Shown here: in pieces, positions 1 through 11,000 of the stretch | Layout: each line of letters opens with the position of its first letter | Position numbering within the stretch: position 1 is the stretch's first letter | Assembly (NCBI GenBank): GCA_964412585.1 | Contig: CAYPPJ010000002.1 | Location: 9,631-73,630, forward strand | Source: an uncultured Candidatus Saccharibacteria bacterium | Lineage (GTDB): Bacteria > Patescibacteriota > Minisyncoccia > Phycocordibacterales > PALSA-1337 | Direction: 5' to 3' | Length of the DNA: 64,000 bases | Position numbers and translations under genes: made by a program | Notes under the pieces: generated by a model | The model's database searches: none | What the model saw: the letters and a program-made list of their open reading frames with translations, nothing else | Told to the model about the DNA's origin: nothing

Positions 1-218
1 CGATGAACGATGCCAGGACGTGCGATTGGTGATCCATCAACACCTCGTGCTGGTTCCCCAACATTCTTTGTTTTTGGATAGTTTTCGAGGACCCAATCAC
101 TGAGAAAAGGGCCTTCGGTACGCCCATCAGAGTGCACCATAAGACCAGCGGGCTTGTTTACCACCAGAGAGTCCTTGTCCTCATAGAGGATCTCTATTTT
201 AGGTAACTTGTTGCTCAT
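1..218 (-). CDS. RluA-family pseudouridine synthase, N-terminal part (gene continues past window start)
   Basis: RC translation from ATG at 218: MSNKLPKIEILYEDKDSLVVNKPAGLMVHSDGRTEGPF...PGIVHR(LD) - classic RluA/RluD N-terminus with the HRLD catalytic motif region; runs off the window edge. Confidence 0.8.
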   Translation of the reverse strand, partial: MSNKLPKIEILYEDKDSLVVNKPAGLMVHSDGRTEGPFLSDWVLENYPKTKNVGEPARGVDGSPIARPGIVH

Positions 219-338
219 ACGATGAATATACGCTAATCTAGGAGAGTTCACAAGAAACGAGAAAATTTTGGTCTCGAATTTCCTTCAGCTTCGCTAAAGG
301 AAATCTCTCGATCCACATTTTCCTGGATAGGAAAATTT

Positions 339-411
339 GCGCCCTTAGCTCAGTTGGTAGAGCAGCGCTTTTACACAGCGAAGGTCGGGGGTTCGAATCC
401 CTCAGGGCGCA
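339..411 (+). tRNA. tRNA-Val (anticodon TAC)
   Basis: Cloverleaf read by eye: acceptor gcgccct/agggcgc, D-arm gctc..gagc, anticodon loop tttacac (U33, TAC, A37), T-arm ggggg ttcgaat ccctc; no encoded CCA. Confidence 0.85.
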
Positions 412-420
412 CAACATTAA

Positions 421-450
421 TCGCACACTTAGAGGAGTGTGCGATTTGCG
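421..450. terminator. Hairpin terminator after tRNA-Val (probably bidirectional)
   Basis: tcgcacac-ttagagga-gtgtgcga (8-bp stem) followed by ttt; sits between tRNA-Val (+) and the stop of the minus-strand ORF at 462. Confidence 0.55.
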
Positions 451-461
451 TTCCGCATGCG

Positions 462-722
462 CTATTTTCCAAGAGGATGGTGAATGTTCAACCTTTCTAA
501 CGTGTCATTACCAATTCTCATAAGAGCCTGACCCAATTGGTAAAAGCTGGTGTCTTGGTCTTCATCACAGTTAACATATCTCTTCGCAGCCTCAAGGATT
601 GAAATCTTGTGTTTGCGCGCAATTGGGAGCAGGTCATCTACAATCAATCTCAACGCCCCGCTGTATCCGTGTGATTCAAGTAACCGAGCAAATTCTTCAA
701 AATCTTTTTGCATAACACGCAT
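462..722 (-). CDS. hypothetical protein (86 aa)
   Basis: Clean ORF from the six-frame track; no recognisable motif. Confidence 0.45.
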   Translation of the reverse strand: MRVMQKDFEEFARLLESHGYSGALRLIVDDLLPIARKHKISILEAAKRYVNCDEDQDTSFYQLGQALMRIGNDTLERLNIHHPLGK

Positions 723-764
723 CTTTCTTTTGACATCATATGTTTAAATAAAACATTGTCAAAC

Positions 765-790
765 AAAAACCACCCTCTTGGGTGGTTTTT
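765..790. terminator. Rho-independent terminator hairpin
   Basis: aaaaaccaccc-tctt-gggtggttttt; perfect 11-bp stem with A/T tracts on both sides, downstream of minus-strand gene 811..1155. Confidence 0.7.
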
Positions 791-810
791 GCGAGCCAGA
801 GCTCTCGAGA

Positions 811-1155
811 TTACATCTGAGGAGCAACTGAACCAGACTTTGCTGAAAAACCGCAGATTGCAACGACGATACCTACGATGAGGTAGAAGACTGCTGTAGT
901 CGTATCATTGGCAATAAATGCCGCACCGATAAGACCAAGGATACCAAGGATAACGTAGATGATACCGATAGTCTTCAAAGCTGCTGCTGCTGAAGGCTTT
1001 GCGGCGACAACCAACAATACGAGACCGAGGACAATGTGAATAATGCTGCTTACATAATCAGCGGCGATAAAGCCAATTGCTGATTCTGAGAACAGACCCC
1101 AAATTCCGGCGACAACGAGAATAACGCCGAAGATGGCTGCTGATGTTTTTGCCAT
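811..1155 (-). CDS. small hydrophobic membrane protein (114 aa, internally duplicated 2x2 TM)
   Basis: Almost entirely hydrophobic; two similar halves (IGFIAADYVSSIIHIVLGLVLL / IGAAFIANDTTTAVFYLIVGIVVAI). Confidence 0.55.
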   Translation of the reverse strand: MAKTSAAIFGVILVVAGIWGLFSESAIGFIAADYVSSIIHIVLGLVLLVVAAKPSAAAALKTIGIIYVILGILGLIGAAFIANDTTTAVFYLIVGIVVAICGFSAKSGSVAPQM

Positions 1156-1292
1156 AAAAATTACGTATAATTAATGCTAATTTATAATGTCGATAACCAC
1201 TGCAATTATACCTCCAATCCTCCGTCTTGGAAAGACCCTAATCCACAGCTTGCCAACAAGATATCCCCCTATACTTATGAACCTATTTCTTG

Positions 1293-1364
1293 TCCCCTCG
1301 CGTGGAATCGAACCACGATCAACGGCTTAGAAGTCCGCTGTTCTATCCATTGAACTACAAGGGG
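1293..1364 (-). tRNA. tRNA-Arg (anticodon TCT)
   Basis: RC gives ccccttg ta gttc aatggat agaac a gcgga cttctaa gccgt tgat cgtgg ttcgatt ccacg cgagggg a. T-arm and acceptor are perfect; anticodon loop cttctaa gives UCU; one A-G mismatch in the anticodon stem. Confidence 0.75.
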
Positions 1365-1383
1365 GTATGGCCACAAAATACCA

Positions 1384-1713
1384 TTATAATGACGGGTCCG
1401 CCACCCCGCTATACCCTTTGATCAGAGTAGCCTGTTCATCGGCGCGTGCGCTAAAAGTCTTTAGAGTTCGATTCATGGCTTCAGTATCGAAAAGTGACTG
1501 ATGCACCCCTGTACCTCCAGTTGTTGGCGAACTCAATCGTATCTGGGTGTCATTGTATGAAATAAAACCAACACCAATAAGAACACCCGCTAGTATGACG
1601 GCGATAATCACTAGCATCATCCAGTCTAAATAAGGGTCATTGGCAATACGATGTCCAAATGAGTCCTGCTGGCGATTTCGTGATGAGTGTTCTTTTGAAT
1701 TGAATAATTTCAT
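1384..1713 (-). CDS. small single-TM protein, 4th gene of the pilM operon (PilP-like position)
   Basis: ORF 1384..1827 trimmed to ATG at 1713 (MKLFNSKEHSS...), 10 nt after the pilO-like stop; TM LDWMMLVIIAVILAGVLIGVGFI. Confidence 0.45.
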   Translation of the reverse strand: MKLFNSKEHSSRNRQQDSFGHRIANDPYLDWMMLVIIAVILAGVLIGVGFISYNDTQIRLSSPTTGGTGVHQSLFDTEAMNRTLKTFSARADEQATLIKGYSGVADPSL

Positions 1714-1723
1714 ACGAGTATTC

Positions 1724-2281
1724 TTAGAGTTGTCGACGAATAGAGATGCTGTCGAGTGCGAACGTGACTCGCCATTCCGTGTGTGCCGATTTTGAATCAC
1801 CAGCAACCACATCAACACGAACGGCACTCACTGTAGTCTTGTACGGAAGAGTCTCAACAAGCCGGAGCACACGCATCACGGATGACCAACTCCCCGATGC
1901 GTCAACTCTCAAACTCACTCGACCAAGTGTGCCTACAGGACTCGTCGCCAAATCATCGGCAACAATGTTTGAAAGAGTTATCTTTGCCCCAGTTGCCACA
2001 TCAAGTGATTCTATCTTTTCAATAAACGCGACCTTCTGGTCATCAGCGACAAAGAAGGAGCCGAGTTTTGCGCGGCTGGACGCGGTGTCGTTATAGAGAG
2101 TATTCAGATTTTGTTTCTGGCTCTTGTATACCTGCTCATTTTTTACCGCTTCACGCGCCGCAAGTGCTCGGTCAAGTGATGAGCCGATGGCAAACTGCAT
2201 GTACCCGTACAGAGCACAGACAAATATCGTTATGGAGAGCGCGATCATGAGGAGCGCAATGTGACTGTGATGATGCTTCAT
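1724..2281 (-). CDS. pilO: type IV pilus assembly protein PilO-like (bitopic)
   Basis: N-terminal TM (HIALLMIALSITIFVCALYGYMQF), coiled-coil region, position immediately after the PilN-like gene. Confidence 0.55.
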   Translation of the reverse strand: MKHHHSHIALLMIALSITIFVCALYGYMQFAIGSSLDRALAAREAVKNEQVYKSQKQNLNTLYNDTASSRAKLGSFFVADDQKVAFIEKIESLDVATGAKITLSNIVADDLATSPVGTLGRVSLRVDASGSWSSVMRVLRLVETLPYKTTVSAVRVDVVAGDSKSAHTEWRVTFALDSISIRRQL

Positions 2282-2847
2282 GGCAGTAGGTGAGTTACTC
2301 TGATCGAGAACGGCAAGTCCTTGCTCTTGGCAAATCCAGAAATCGGCAGTTCAACTTTATTGCCTGGACTTAGTCCCTCGAGTCGTGTTTTGAATGAAAC
2401 TAATGCTTCACGGGTCGGGGCAACTCCCTGCATAACAAGTACCGCAGTGGTTGTAGATAGTTCATTGATGGCGATAGATGATATACGAACCGGCCCGCGC
2501 ACTTCTACCACGCGAGCAATAACAGCTGATGGACGTACGACAGTTGCAACTTGTGCCAATGCAGTAATCTTTGCACTATCTGCCTGTAATTCTTTTTGAA
2601 TGCGAGTAGACTCGGTAGTATCTTTGTTCTCCTTCAGCGTTGCAACGGTATCAAGCTGAATGTGTTCCTCACTATATGCGGCTATAAACGATGGAAAAAG
2701 TGAACCAAGTCCTATGAGAACTGCAACGGATATGAGGAATAACGCCACAACCGCAACATGGACACGGTATGAACGCTTCAATTGTGTCTGCTCGGGAATT
2801 GGAAGAAAACTGTGTCTCATATTGTTATAAAGCAAGTCCGGCCGCAA
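2278..2847 (-). CDS. pilN: type IV pilus assembly protein PilN-like (bitopic)
   Basis: Single TM (VHVAVVALFLISVAVLIGLGSLF) after a short cytoplasmic N-terminus, directly downstream of pilM with ATGA overlap. Confidence 0.55.
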   Translation of the reverse strand: MRPDLLYNNMRHSFLPIPEQTQLKRSYRVHVAVVALFLISVAVLIGLGSLFPSFIAAYSEEHIQLDTVATLKENKDTTESTRIQKELQADSAKITALAQVATVVRPSAVIARVVEVRGPVRISSIAINELSTTTAVLVMQGVAPTREALVSFKTRLEGLSPGNKVELPISGFAKSKDLPFSIRVTHLLP

Positions 2848-3808
2848 TGGCGTATTCGAGCGATTCGGCTCGGGTTATTGGCGGCACGTACGAATTGACA
2901 TCAAATACGTTATGCCACACATCAGGTAACACACTACGGGAAACAGCCTCACCCCCATGGCCGCGAAGCATAAGCTCGCAGGCTTCGGCCCGAGACCCGA
3001 CAACGACCACTGAAGAAATTCCCGCGTGAATATCCGGACGAGTAAGCCAATATGAATAGACGCGATTGATCTCGGTAATGAGTGTATTCGGACCCTCAGT
3101 AGCTTCAGCAGCTGCAAGATCGTCACTTCCCCATCCAATAGTCGACGTAAAACAAACCACCCCTTCAGACACAATATAAAGGCCAGTTTTCTTTTTCATC
3201 ACGTGCACAATAAGACTGGTTCCCGGTTCATGCGTCGGTGTGCATGCGGCAACAATTGACTTTGGTGCCACTTCAAAAGCGACGGGTTCGAGATGCGCCT
3301 CGCGAAGCAACGAGATGTGGTGCTCGACATAGGTACGCGGAACAACCGACACACTCGCACGAAGAGTTTCACCAGCAACCGATTTTGGCATAAGATCAAA
3401 TTGGAATAGAGCATCCGCGGCCGAAAGAGGGACATTTTGATCCAGTTTAAATTCGATATTCTGCGCAATTGAACTAAAGTTTGCACTCGGAACCTCCGTC
3501 TGGAATAGATACGCTTTTTCTTCTGGCAAAGACACTTTCACATAACCAAGTGCGTTGGCTGTGGCAAATTCTTTGAGAAGAGCGACAAACTGTGGTTCGT
3601 CCTTGATGTCTCCCCCATCCACCAGACCCGGAGGCAGCTCTTTTGTGGCATATTTTGAAATAATCAGGCCACGAGATGTGCGATGGTACTCGATGCACTT
3701 GATGACATCATCAGAAATGTCGAGGCCCGCATGTGGCATAGCCAAAAAAGCCGGTGGAGGAAATAGTTTGAAGAATAACGAACTCGACATGCAGATATTA
3801 TACCGCAC
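2825..3808 (-). CDS. pilM: type IV pilus assembly ATPase-fold protein PilM
   Basis: Actin-like fold signature near N-terminus (AGLDISDDVIKCIEY...), ~320 aa, first gene of a pilMNO-like cluster. Confidence 0.7.
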   Translation of the reverse strand: MRYNICMSSSLFFKLFPPPAFLAMPHAGLDISDDVIKCIEYHRTSRGLIISKYATKELPPGLVDGGDIKDEPQFVALLKEFATANALGYVKVSLPEEKAYLFQTEVPSANFSSIAQNIEFKLDQNVPLSAADALFQFDLMPKSVAGETLRASVSVVPRTYVEHHISLLREAHLEPVAFEVAPKSIVAACTPTHEPGTSLIVHVMKKKTGLYIVSEGVVCFTSTIGWGSDDLAAAEATEGPNTLITEINRVYSYWLTRPDIHAGISSVVVVGSRAEACELMLRGHGGEAVSRSVLPDVWHNVFDVNSYVPPITRAESLEYAIAAGLAL

Positions 3809-3829
3809 TCTACGAGGCTAACGAAGCGC

Positions 3830-4441
3830 CTATGACTTCTTCAGGTACTGCTTACAAAGTTGGATAAATGTGGGGACTGCTGAAATAAGCACAATAACGA
3901 CGACGACGGGAATCACATAACGGTCTGGATTTGGTATAAGAGCGCCAAGTCCGTAACCAAGCCAGAGCATGCCCCAGGTCCATACGAAGCCTCCAATGAT
4001 ATTAAACAACACGAATGTACCGTATGGCATTGACCCTACTCCCGCAACAATAGGCGCGAAGGTTCGCACAATAGGGATAAATCGAGCCAAAATAATGGTT
4101 TTACGACCATGTTTTTCGTAAAAATGTTGTGCTTTGATTATATGTTTTTTGTTGAAAATAACAGAATCTTCGCGAGCAAAAAGGGCTGGGCCAACTTTTT
4201 TACCAAAAGCATATCCCACGCTATCGCCGATAATTGCCGCCAGAAAAGTACCGACCAGCAGCCACGAAAAAGATATATACCCCTGCGACGCCAGAAAACC
4301 CGCAGTAAACAAAAGTGAATCGCCCGGAAAAAAGAAACCAAAAAATAGACCCGTTTCAAGGAAAATAATACCTATCACGCCGAGAGTGCCCAACGTCATG
4401 ATGAGAATCTGTGGTTCGAGGAGTGAATGGATGAATTCCAT
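3830..4441 (-). CDS. DedA/SNARE-associated (VTT domain) membrane protein
   Basis: GDSLLFTAGFLA ... GRKTIILARFIPIVRTFAPIVAGVGSMPY - classic DedA family motifs. Confidence 0.85.
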   Translation of the reverse strand: MEFIHSLLEPQILIMTLGTLGVIGIIFLETGLFFGFFFPGDSLLFTAGFLASQGYISFSWLLVGTFLAAIIGDSVGYAFGKKVGPALFAREDSVIFNKKHIIKAQHFYEKHGRKTIILARFIPIVRTFAPIVAGVGSMPYGTFVLFNIIGGFVWTWGMLWLGYGLGALIPNPDRYVIPVVVVIVLISAVPTFIQLCKQYLKKS

Positions 4442-4464
4442 GAGTTATTTGATTGAACGCTGTG

Positions 4465-4890
4465 CTACTTCGCCTTGGTTCCTGGAGGAATTGATCCATT
4501 TGGCTCGAGAAGAGAAAATGATCCAGCATCAGTCGAAAGTGCAAAGATCATGCCGTTACTCTCATAACCTTTGATCGTGCGAGGCTCAAGATTGGTGACA
4601 AACATACAGGTTTTTCCTACCAATACAGACGGGTCTGGAAAATAAGCGGAGATGCCCGAGACAATTTGTCGAATATCCGCGACTTGTTCTATTACTGGTA
4701 CCGCCACAGGCGCCGTAACTATCTCATGTGAAACTGGTGCACCTGACACGACAGGAGTCTGCGCAGGCAGAGTTTTCATGCCAAAATCAACAGATAATTT
4801 GAGAAGTTTATCAGTATCTGGAATTTTCTCTGCTGACAGTATTTTTCCAGCTGAAATTTCTACTTTTTTGAAATCATCGTAGGTAATCAT
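4465..4890 (-). CDS. tRNA-binding domain protein (EMAP/Trbp111/CsaA-like)
   Basis: KVEISAGKILSAEKIPDTDKLLKLSVDFG ... IVSGISAYFPDPSVLVGKTCMFVTNLEPRTIKGYESNGMIFALS; start placed at MITYDDFKK (the longer ORF would overlap ruvX). Contains a 35-aa insert between the two conserved halves. Confidence 0.7.
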   Translation of the reverse strand: MITYDDFKKVEISAGKILSAEKIPDTDKLLKLSVDFGMKTLPAQTPVVSGAPVSHEIVTAPVAVPVIEQVADIRQIVSGISAYFPDPSVLVGKTCMFVTNLEPRTIKGYESNGMIFALSTDAGSFSLLEPNGSIPPGTKAK

Positions 4891-4930
4891 GGGGAGTAGT
4901 ATATAGCAAATAACCTTCAGTCTCCAGTCT

Positions 4931-5323
4931 CTAATCTCTCGTCTCTTTCTTTGTCCTATCAAGATAACTTTGCAAAATAAGCGCGGCAGCACTCGCGTCT
5001 GTCATGGCTGTTTTTCCCTGAAAACGCTCAGCATTAACACTGGTCATGAACTCGAGTTCCAAATGAACCGTGAATCCCTCCTGTTCCAATAATTTCTTGA
5101 ACGCATCCGCCTCTTCAAAAATAGCATTCGGTTGTTGCTTGTAGTTGCGCGACTCCCCTATCACCACTTCTCTAGCCTCATGTTGTCGTGCAATCTCAAC
5201 AATCTCTCGCAATGCAAGATTAGAGTTTTGAACTACCACCACCGGAACCGCTATCGTATGTGTTTCATCCGACACGGCGATACCGATACGCTTGGTTCCA
5301 TAATCTATACCGAGAATTCTCAT
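4931..5323 (-). CDS. ruvX: Holliday junction resolvase-like protein RuvX/YqgF
   Basis: MRILGIDYGTKRIGIAVSDE... canonical YqgF N-terminus, 130 aa. Confidence 0.9.
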   Translation of the reverse strand: MRILGIDYGTKRIGIAVSDETHTIAVPVVVVQNSNLALREIVEIARQHEAREVVIGESRNYKQQPNAIFEEADAFKKLLEQEGFTVHLELEFMTSVNAERFQGKTAMTDASAAALILQSYLDRTKKETRD

Positions 5324-5399
5324 AAACTAACAATATCACAAAATAAGTCCAAATGCGTTGCGAAACTGCGTATTTTCCTTTATGATGAGCGGACCATCT

Positions 5400-5486
5400 G
5401 GATGGGTGGCTGAGTGGTCTAAGGCAACGGTCTTGAAAACCGTCGCCCTCGCAAGGGGGCCGTGAGTTCGAATCTCACCCCATCCG
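5400..5486 (+). tRNA. tRNA-Ser (anticodon TGA), long variable arm
   Basis: ggatggg tg gctgagtggtctaaggc a acggt cttgaaa accgt cgccctcgcaagggggc cgtgag ttcgaat ctcac cccatcc g; class II tRNA, 87 nt. Confidence 0.9.
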
Positions 5487-5499
5487 CAGTGAACGTTCT

Positions 5500-6015
5500 T
5501 TGTATAACATAATTATGGAAATCCCAGAATTAAAACTAAATAGAGCAAAAGAATTAATTTATACAAGTAAGCATATTGCACTTGCTACCACAAATGCAGA
5601 TGGCTCTCCACACAATAGTCCTGTCAGATTTTTCTATGATGAAAAACTTGAAAATATATATTGGGGTTCGAATGCCGAAGCTTTACATTCTCAAAATATA
5701 TTTAGGACGGGTCAGTTATTTGGGGTTTTATTTGATAGGATAGAATTCGGTGGTGTTTATATAAAATGTGAAGGGGGCCATATACTTGACGGAAAAGAAT
5801 TGGAAGTTGGATTGGAGATTACCAACTCTTTTAGAGCAGCGGCAGGGGAACAAAAAATCACCCCAGATTATTATGCGGCAGGAAGTGTTCAAAAATTATG
5901 GTCAGCAAAAATTGCTAATATGTGGATAAATATGGCAGTCAGAGATGAAAATGGTCGCATATTAAAAGATGAGAGAGTAGAACTAGAAAGAAATATTTTG
6001 ACAAAGATGATTTAG
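5500..6015 (+). CDS. PNPOx-like FMN-binding / general-stress-protein-26-like protein
   Basis: HIALATTNADGSPHNSPVRFFYDE motif typical of the pyridoxamine-5'-phosphate-oxidase-like split-barrel family; markedly AT-rich compared with neighbours. Confidence 0.5.
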   Translation: MYNIIMEIPELKLNRAKELIYTSKHIALATTNADGSPHNSPVRFFYDEKLENIYWGSNAEALHSQNIFRTGQLFGVLFDRIEFGGVYIKCEGGHILDGKELEVGLEITNSFRAAAGEQKITPDYYAAGSVQKLWSAKIANMWINMAVRDENGRILKDERVELERNILTKMI

Positions 6016-6090
6016 GCCGTTCTGAACACTCTAAGTACCTCCACAGAAGTTATTAACATATCAAACTCCAAATAGTGTTATAATTTTGGC

Positions 6091-6555
6091 ATGGCCACTG
6101 AAGCTCTCATCACCTGGAACGCTCCCGAGCATCTCTATACTGAAAAAAAACCTGACTGGTATTGGTCCGTTGGCATTATTACACTCGCATTGGCTGCTGT
6201 TGCATTCATCTTTGGCAATGTCGTGACCGGTATTTTTGTCATTGTCGCTGCCGTAGCACTCGTATTGCACGCATCACGACCAGCACGAGTCGTCACCTAC
6301 CAGATCAACGACCGCGGTATTTTGGCAAACGACATCCTCTACCCCTTCCTCACGCTTGAGTCATTTTGTGTACCTCATGATGAATTTCCTGCAAAGCTGA
6401 TTATAAAATCACGAAAACTCTTTATGCCTTTCATCGTCATTTATATTGACGAGGTAGATCCTGAGCAAGTTCGCGAAGTTATGCTTACCTATATCGCCGA
6501 AACTATGCATCGTGAACCTATTCTCAAACACCTATTGGAACGTCTCGGCTTTTAG
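6091..6555 (+). CDS. hypothetical 2-TM membrane protein
   Basis: ORF with two adjacent hydrophobic helices (WSVGIITLALAAVAFIFGNVVTGIFVIVAAVALVL). Confidence 0.5.
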   Translation: MATEALITWNAPEHLYTEKKPDWYWSVGIITLALAAVAFIFGNVVTGIFVIVAAVALVLHASRPARVVTYQINDRGILANDILYPFLTLESFCVPHDEFPAKLIIKSRKLFMPFIVIYIDEVDPEQVREVMLTYIAETMHREPILKHLLERLGF

Positions 6556-6662
6556 TTGCTACCACGATACCCTATATTATTGCGACATAAAATATCCATT
6601 TGCGCATTTTTGCATGGAATAGCCACATGCTTATATAATACGTACCTCTTACTTATTATTAA

Positions 6663-7961
<1,299 letters not shown>

Positions 7962-8003
7962 GTATTGCACCGAGCAACGATTCATCACAACAATCTTCAA
8001 AAC

Positions 8004-8040
8004 AAAAAACCGCCCATCGATAAGCTCGGGGCGGTTTTTT
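8004..8040. terminator. bidirectional Rho-independent terminator between eno and the giant gene
   Basis: aaaaaaccgccc-atcgataagctcg-gggcggtttttt, flanked by A-tract and T-tract, between convergent genes. Confidence 0.8.
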
Positions 8041-8056
8041 GTTGCTGATAATCTAG

Positions 8057-11000
8057 CTAGTTCGAGAAGTATCCGTATACTGCTGCCGTATAGCCCATAT
8101 CGATGATAGTGAACTCTCCCATATCAACGATTGCACTACTATCTACATACCTACGCCATATTGGGAAGACGTCCCACTTGCTTACCAAACTTGGATACGT
8201 CAACTCATTCACCTTCCTATGAGGAGCACCGTCAGTCAGTTCACTTTGTATACCATATATTGGAATACCAGGAACTGGGTCATTCTTGCCATCTGTTGAT
8301 GAAATGGTATGAAGCGGTCTCATTGGAGGATTTGAACCGACTCCGGTGATAAAGGTTTTATTGAGTGGATTGCCTCCCAACTGGACATCGAGTGCGATCT
8401 TGGCGTTATCCAAATAAGTAGCAGCGAGGGTAGGATTGATACCCTTTACCAACTCACTTGCTTTGATAAGTGCCCACGCCCAACGAGTTGATTCGGAGAA
8501 TGCTCCCCACCCAGTACCTGGGGTATCTGTATACGAACCATTGTGATATGTGTTGTTTCGGATATTTGCCACTGTTTCATTGGCGAAAGCAAGCAATGTT
8601 GCAGGCCCAGGATTCGTAACTGTATACGCGGAGTTGTTACCGACGTAGAGGTATTTGTTCACAATGGTCTGATCGGCCCCCGCTGTACGGGCATACGTGA
8701 ATCCTGCACGACCTTCACTATCTGAACCATATGAGTTCCAAGTGGTCTGGAGAGCAACTCTGCCAGCCATATCTTTGAAATCAGTATGGAATGCTGACTC
8801 ACCTGTTGCGCGGAAGAGTTCCGCTGCAGCCCACAAGCGCTCGTCATCGGAATTACCTGAATCAGCATTCTCGCCACCACCGGTCGAAGTCTCTGGTACC
8901 GATGATCCATTGAATGTAACCATTGAACCGTTGCCCTTAATGAGACACGGGCGACCAGGATTAGGGTTTTTTGCTGCATCATAATCAACGCATCCAGAAG
9001 CGGGTCCATTGAATCCTGCACGTACAGAAGTGCCTATACCTGGATATCCTGCCGCATAGGCCATGCGTGCTCGAGCCAGATACGTAGCCGCAGCTGTTGG
9101 GAAATATGGCTTCATATCAACCGAAGCTTTGGCCATGATTGCCGCAAAACGCAGGGTTGCAGAAGTTGACTTCTCACTCAACCAGCGCGGGCTATTATCA
9201 TTCCATGGAACAAGATTGCCCCACTGTGAAGTAGCGACGCGGTGGTAGACAAAACCATCCGTCATATTTTGCATACTCAACATCCAATCGAGTTCCCACT
9301 TCGCTTCATCAAGAATATCGGGTGCGCCATTTCCACTTTCTGGAATGGTGAGCTGACTATCAACATACTTAGTCGGCTGTAATTCGTATGCAGTCAAAAG
9401 TTCATAAAGAGCCCCAGAACCACTCTCGACATATTTTCCATAATCCGCAGCGTCATACCAACCCTTTCGAGTATCGACAACCGCATGTACATCAGCTGCC
9501 TTGCCGAATGGATTCAACAAGACTGATGAGTGGACGAACGAGGTGGCATCGAGACCGCTTCCCGCAGCTCGAGCCCATGATTTGCCGAGACCCCACGCTA
9601 TGCCATCGGCGTACGGTGAGGTAAGTGCGATATCGTCACGCTGGAAATACAATCCTTTTGCCGCAATCTTGAAAACGTCATTATAGACTGACGAGCCGAT
9701 CGTAAACGGGTATGTTTTACCATAGCCAGGTGCATACACATAGTAATTTCCCGGAGTTTGGTAGCTCGCAAAGTCACAACTATATACACGTTCCCCGCTC
9801 ATACTGTATCTATGTGGCGCATAAATTGGATTGCTGTTGGTGTCGTACCCTATCACATGTTGTCCGATTCTGATGTCATTTCCCTCATCAGTTGCCGTAA
9901 CCGTTGCAAGTGGTGTCGCCGATTGCGGATTGGTAACGGACGCACTGAATAGCTTACATACAGGTGTTGCAGGTATCGGCATATTTCCGAATTCCTGATA
10001 ATCCCCGAGGTAATTTCCAATATACACATACTTGTGTGCTGATGGGACAAATCCAACCTGGTTTGCCTTTACTGAATTGGTTACCTTGTTGTCATCATAC
10101 GTGAATGTGATGACTTCAGGTCGTGGGTAATCTACGCCATCCGCGGTCTTTATGTTATTGATGGTAAGCGTGTACTGTTTGCCCGCAGCCATATCTGCAC
10201 CAAAGACAAGATACAAATTGTTGCTCGTGATAGGCGCATCCGCAGGAGGCAGGAGTAACGGGCCGATAAAACCAGTAAGCAATGATTCGCGTCCAACACC
10301 GACTATAGGAACAACAGTATTCGCCACTGTATCTTTGAGAATATAATTGCTAGTAGTAACTGCGCTTGCCCTGTCATATGCCTCACCCATACTAAGACGA
10401 ATCACCCTACTCGATATAGGTTCGTATGCTGGAGCATTGCCTTGTGTGTTCACGAGGTAAAATTCATCAACTGCAACAACTGTCTTGTCGTTGAATCTAA
10501 AGGTAAGATTCGTGGCACCTGGACGAACCAAATCACTTGTATTGATAACAACCTGATGCCAAGCGTTATTGACGGAACCTCCTTGAACATACGGTGTCGC
10601 TGTTGGGCCTGGAAGAGAGATGGTAGCGCTCTTTGTTGCAGGATCTGAACTACCAGCATTTGTTGACAAGAAGAATGTGACATCCGTTATACCTGTTGGG
10701 CTGTCGGACTTAATATAGAACACAAACTTGTCATATTGTGACGGGATGCTCAGAGAACTTATGGGAAGGTTCAGCCAATTGTCTGTTCCGTTACTCTGAG
10801 CAGCTTTACCTACAACACCTCCATTCACCAGACCACCACCACTAATAACCCCAGCGATTGTATCTCCATCCCAGATTTTAATACCGCCAGTAACATCAAT
10901 ATCCCCTGCAGGTGGGGGGTTTACCGGTGCACCTCCTCCAACAGCGAAGACACCTTGGCTTTGGTTAACATAGCTTCCACTCGGAGTGACTTCAAGCTTT

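Noticed and set aside
238-426. 62-aa minus-strand ORF
   Set aside because: It lies entirely over the tRNA-Val gene and its terminator hairpin, so it is spurious.
5324-6090. Integrative element at tRNA-Ser
   Set aside because: There is no integrase and no recognisable direct repeat of the tRNA 3' end. Only the compositional anomaly remains, and it is reported as a low-interest finding.
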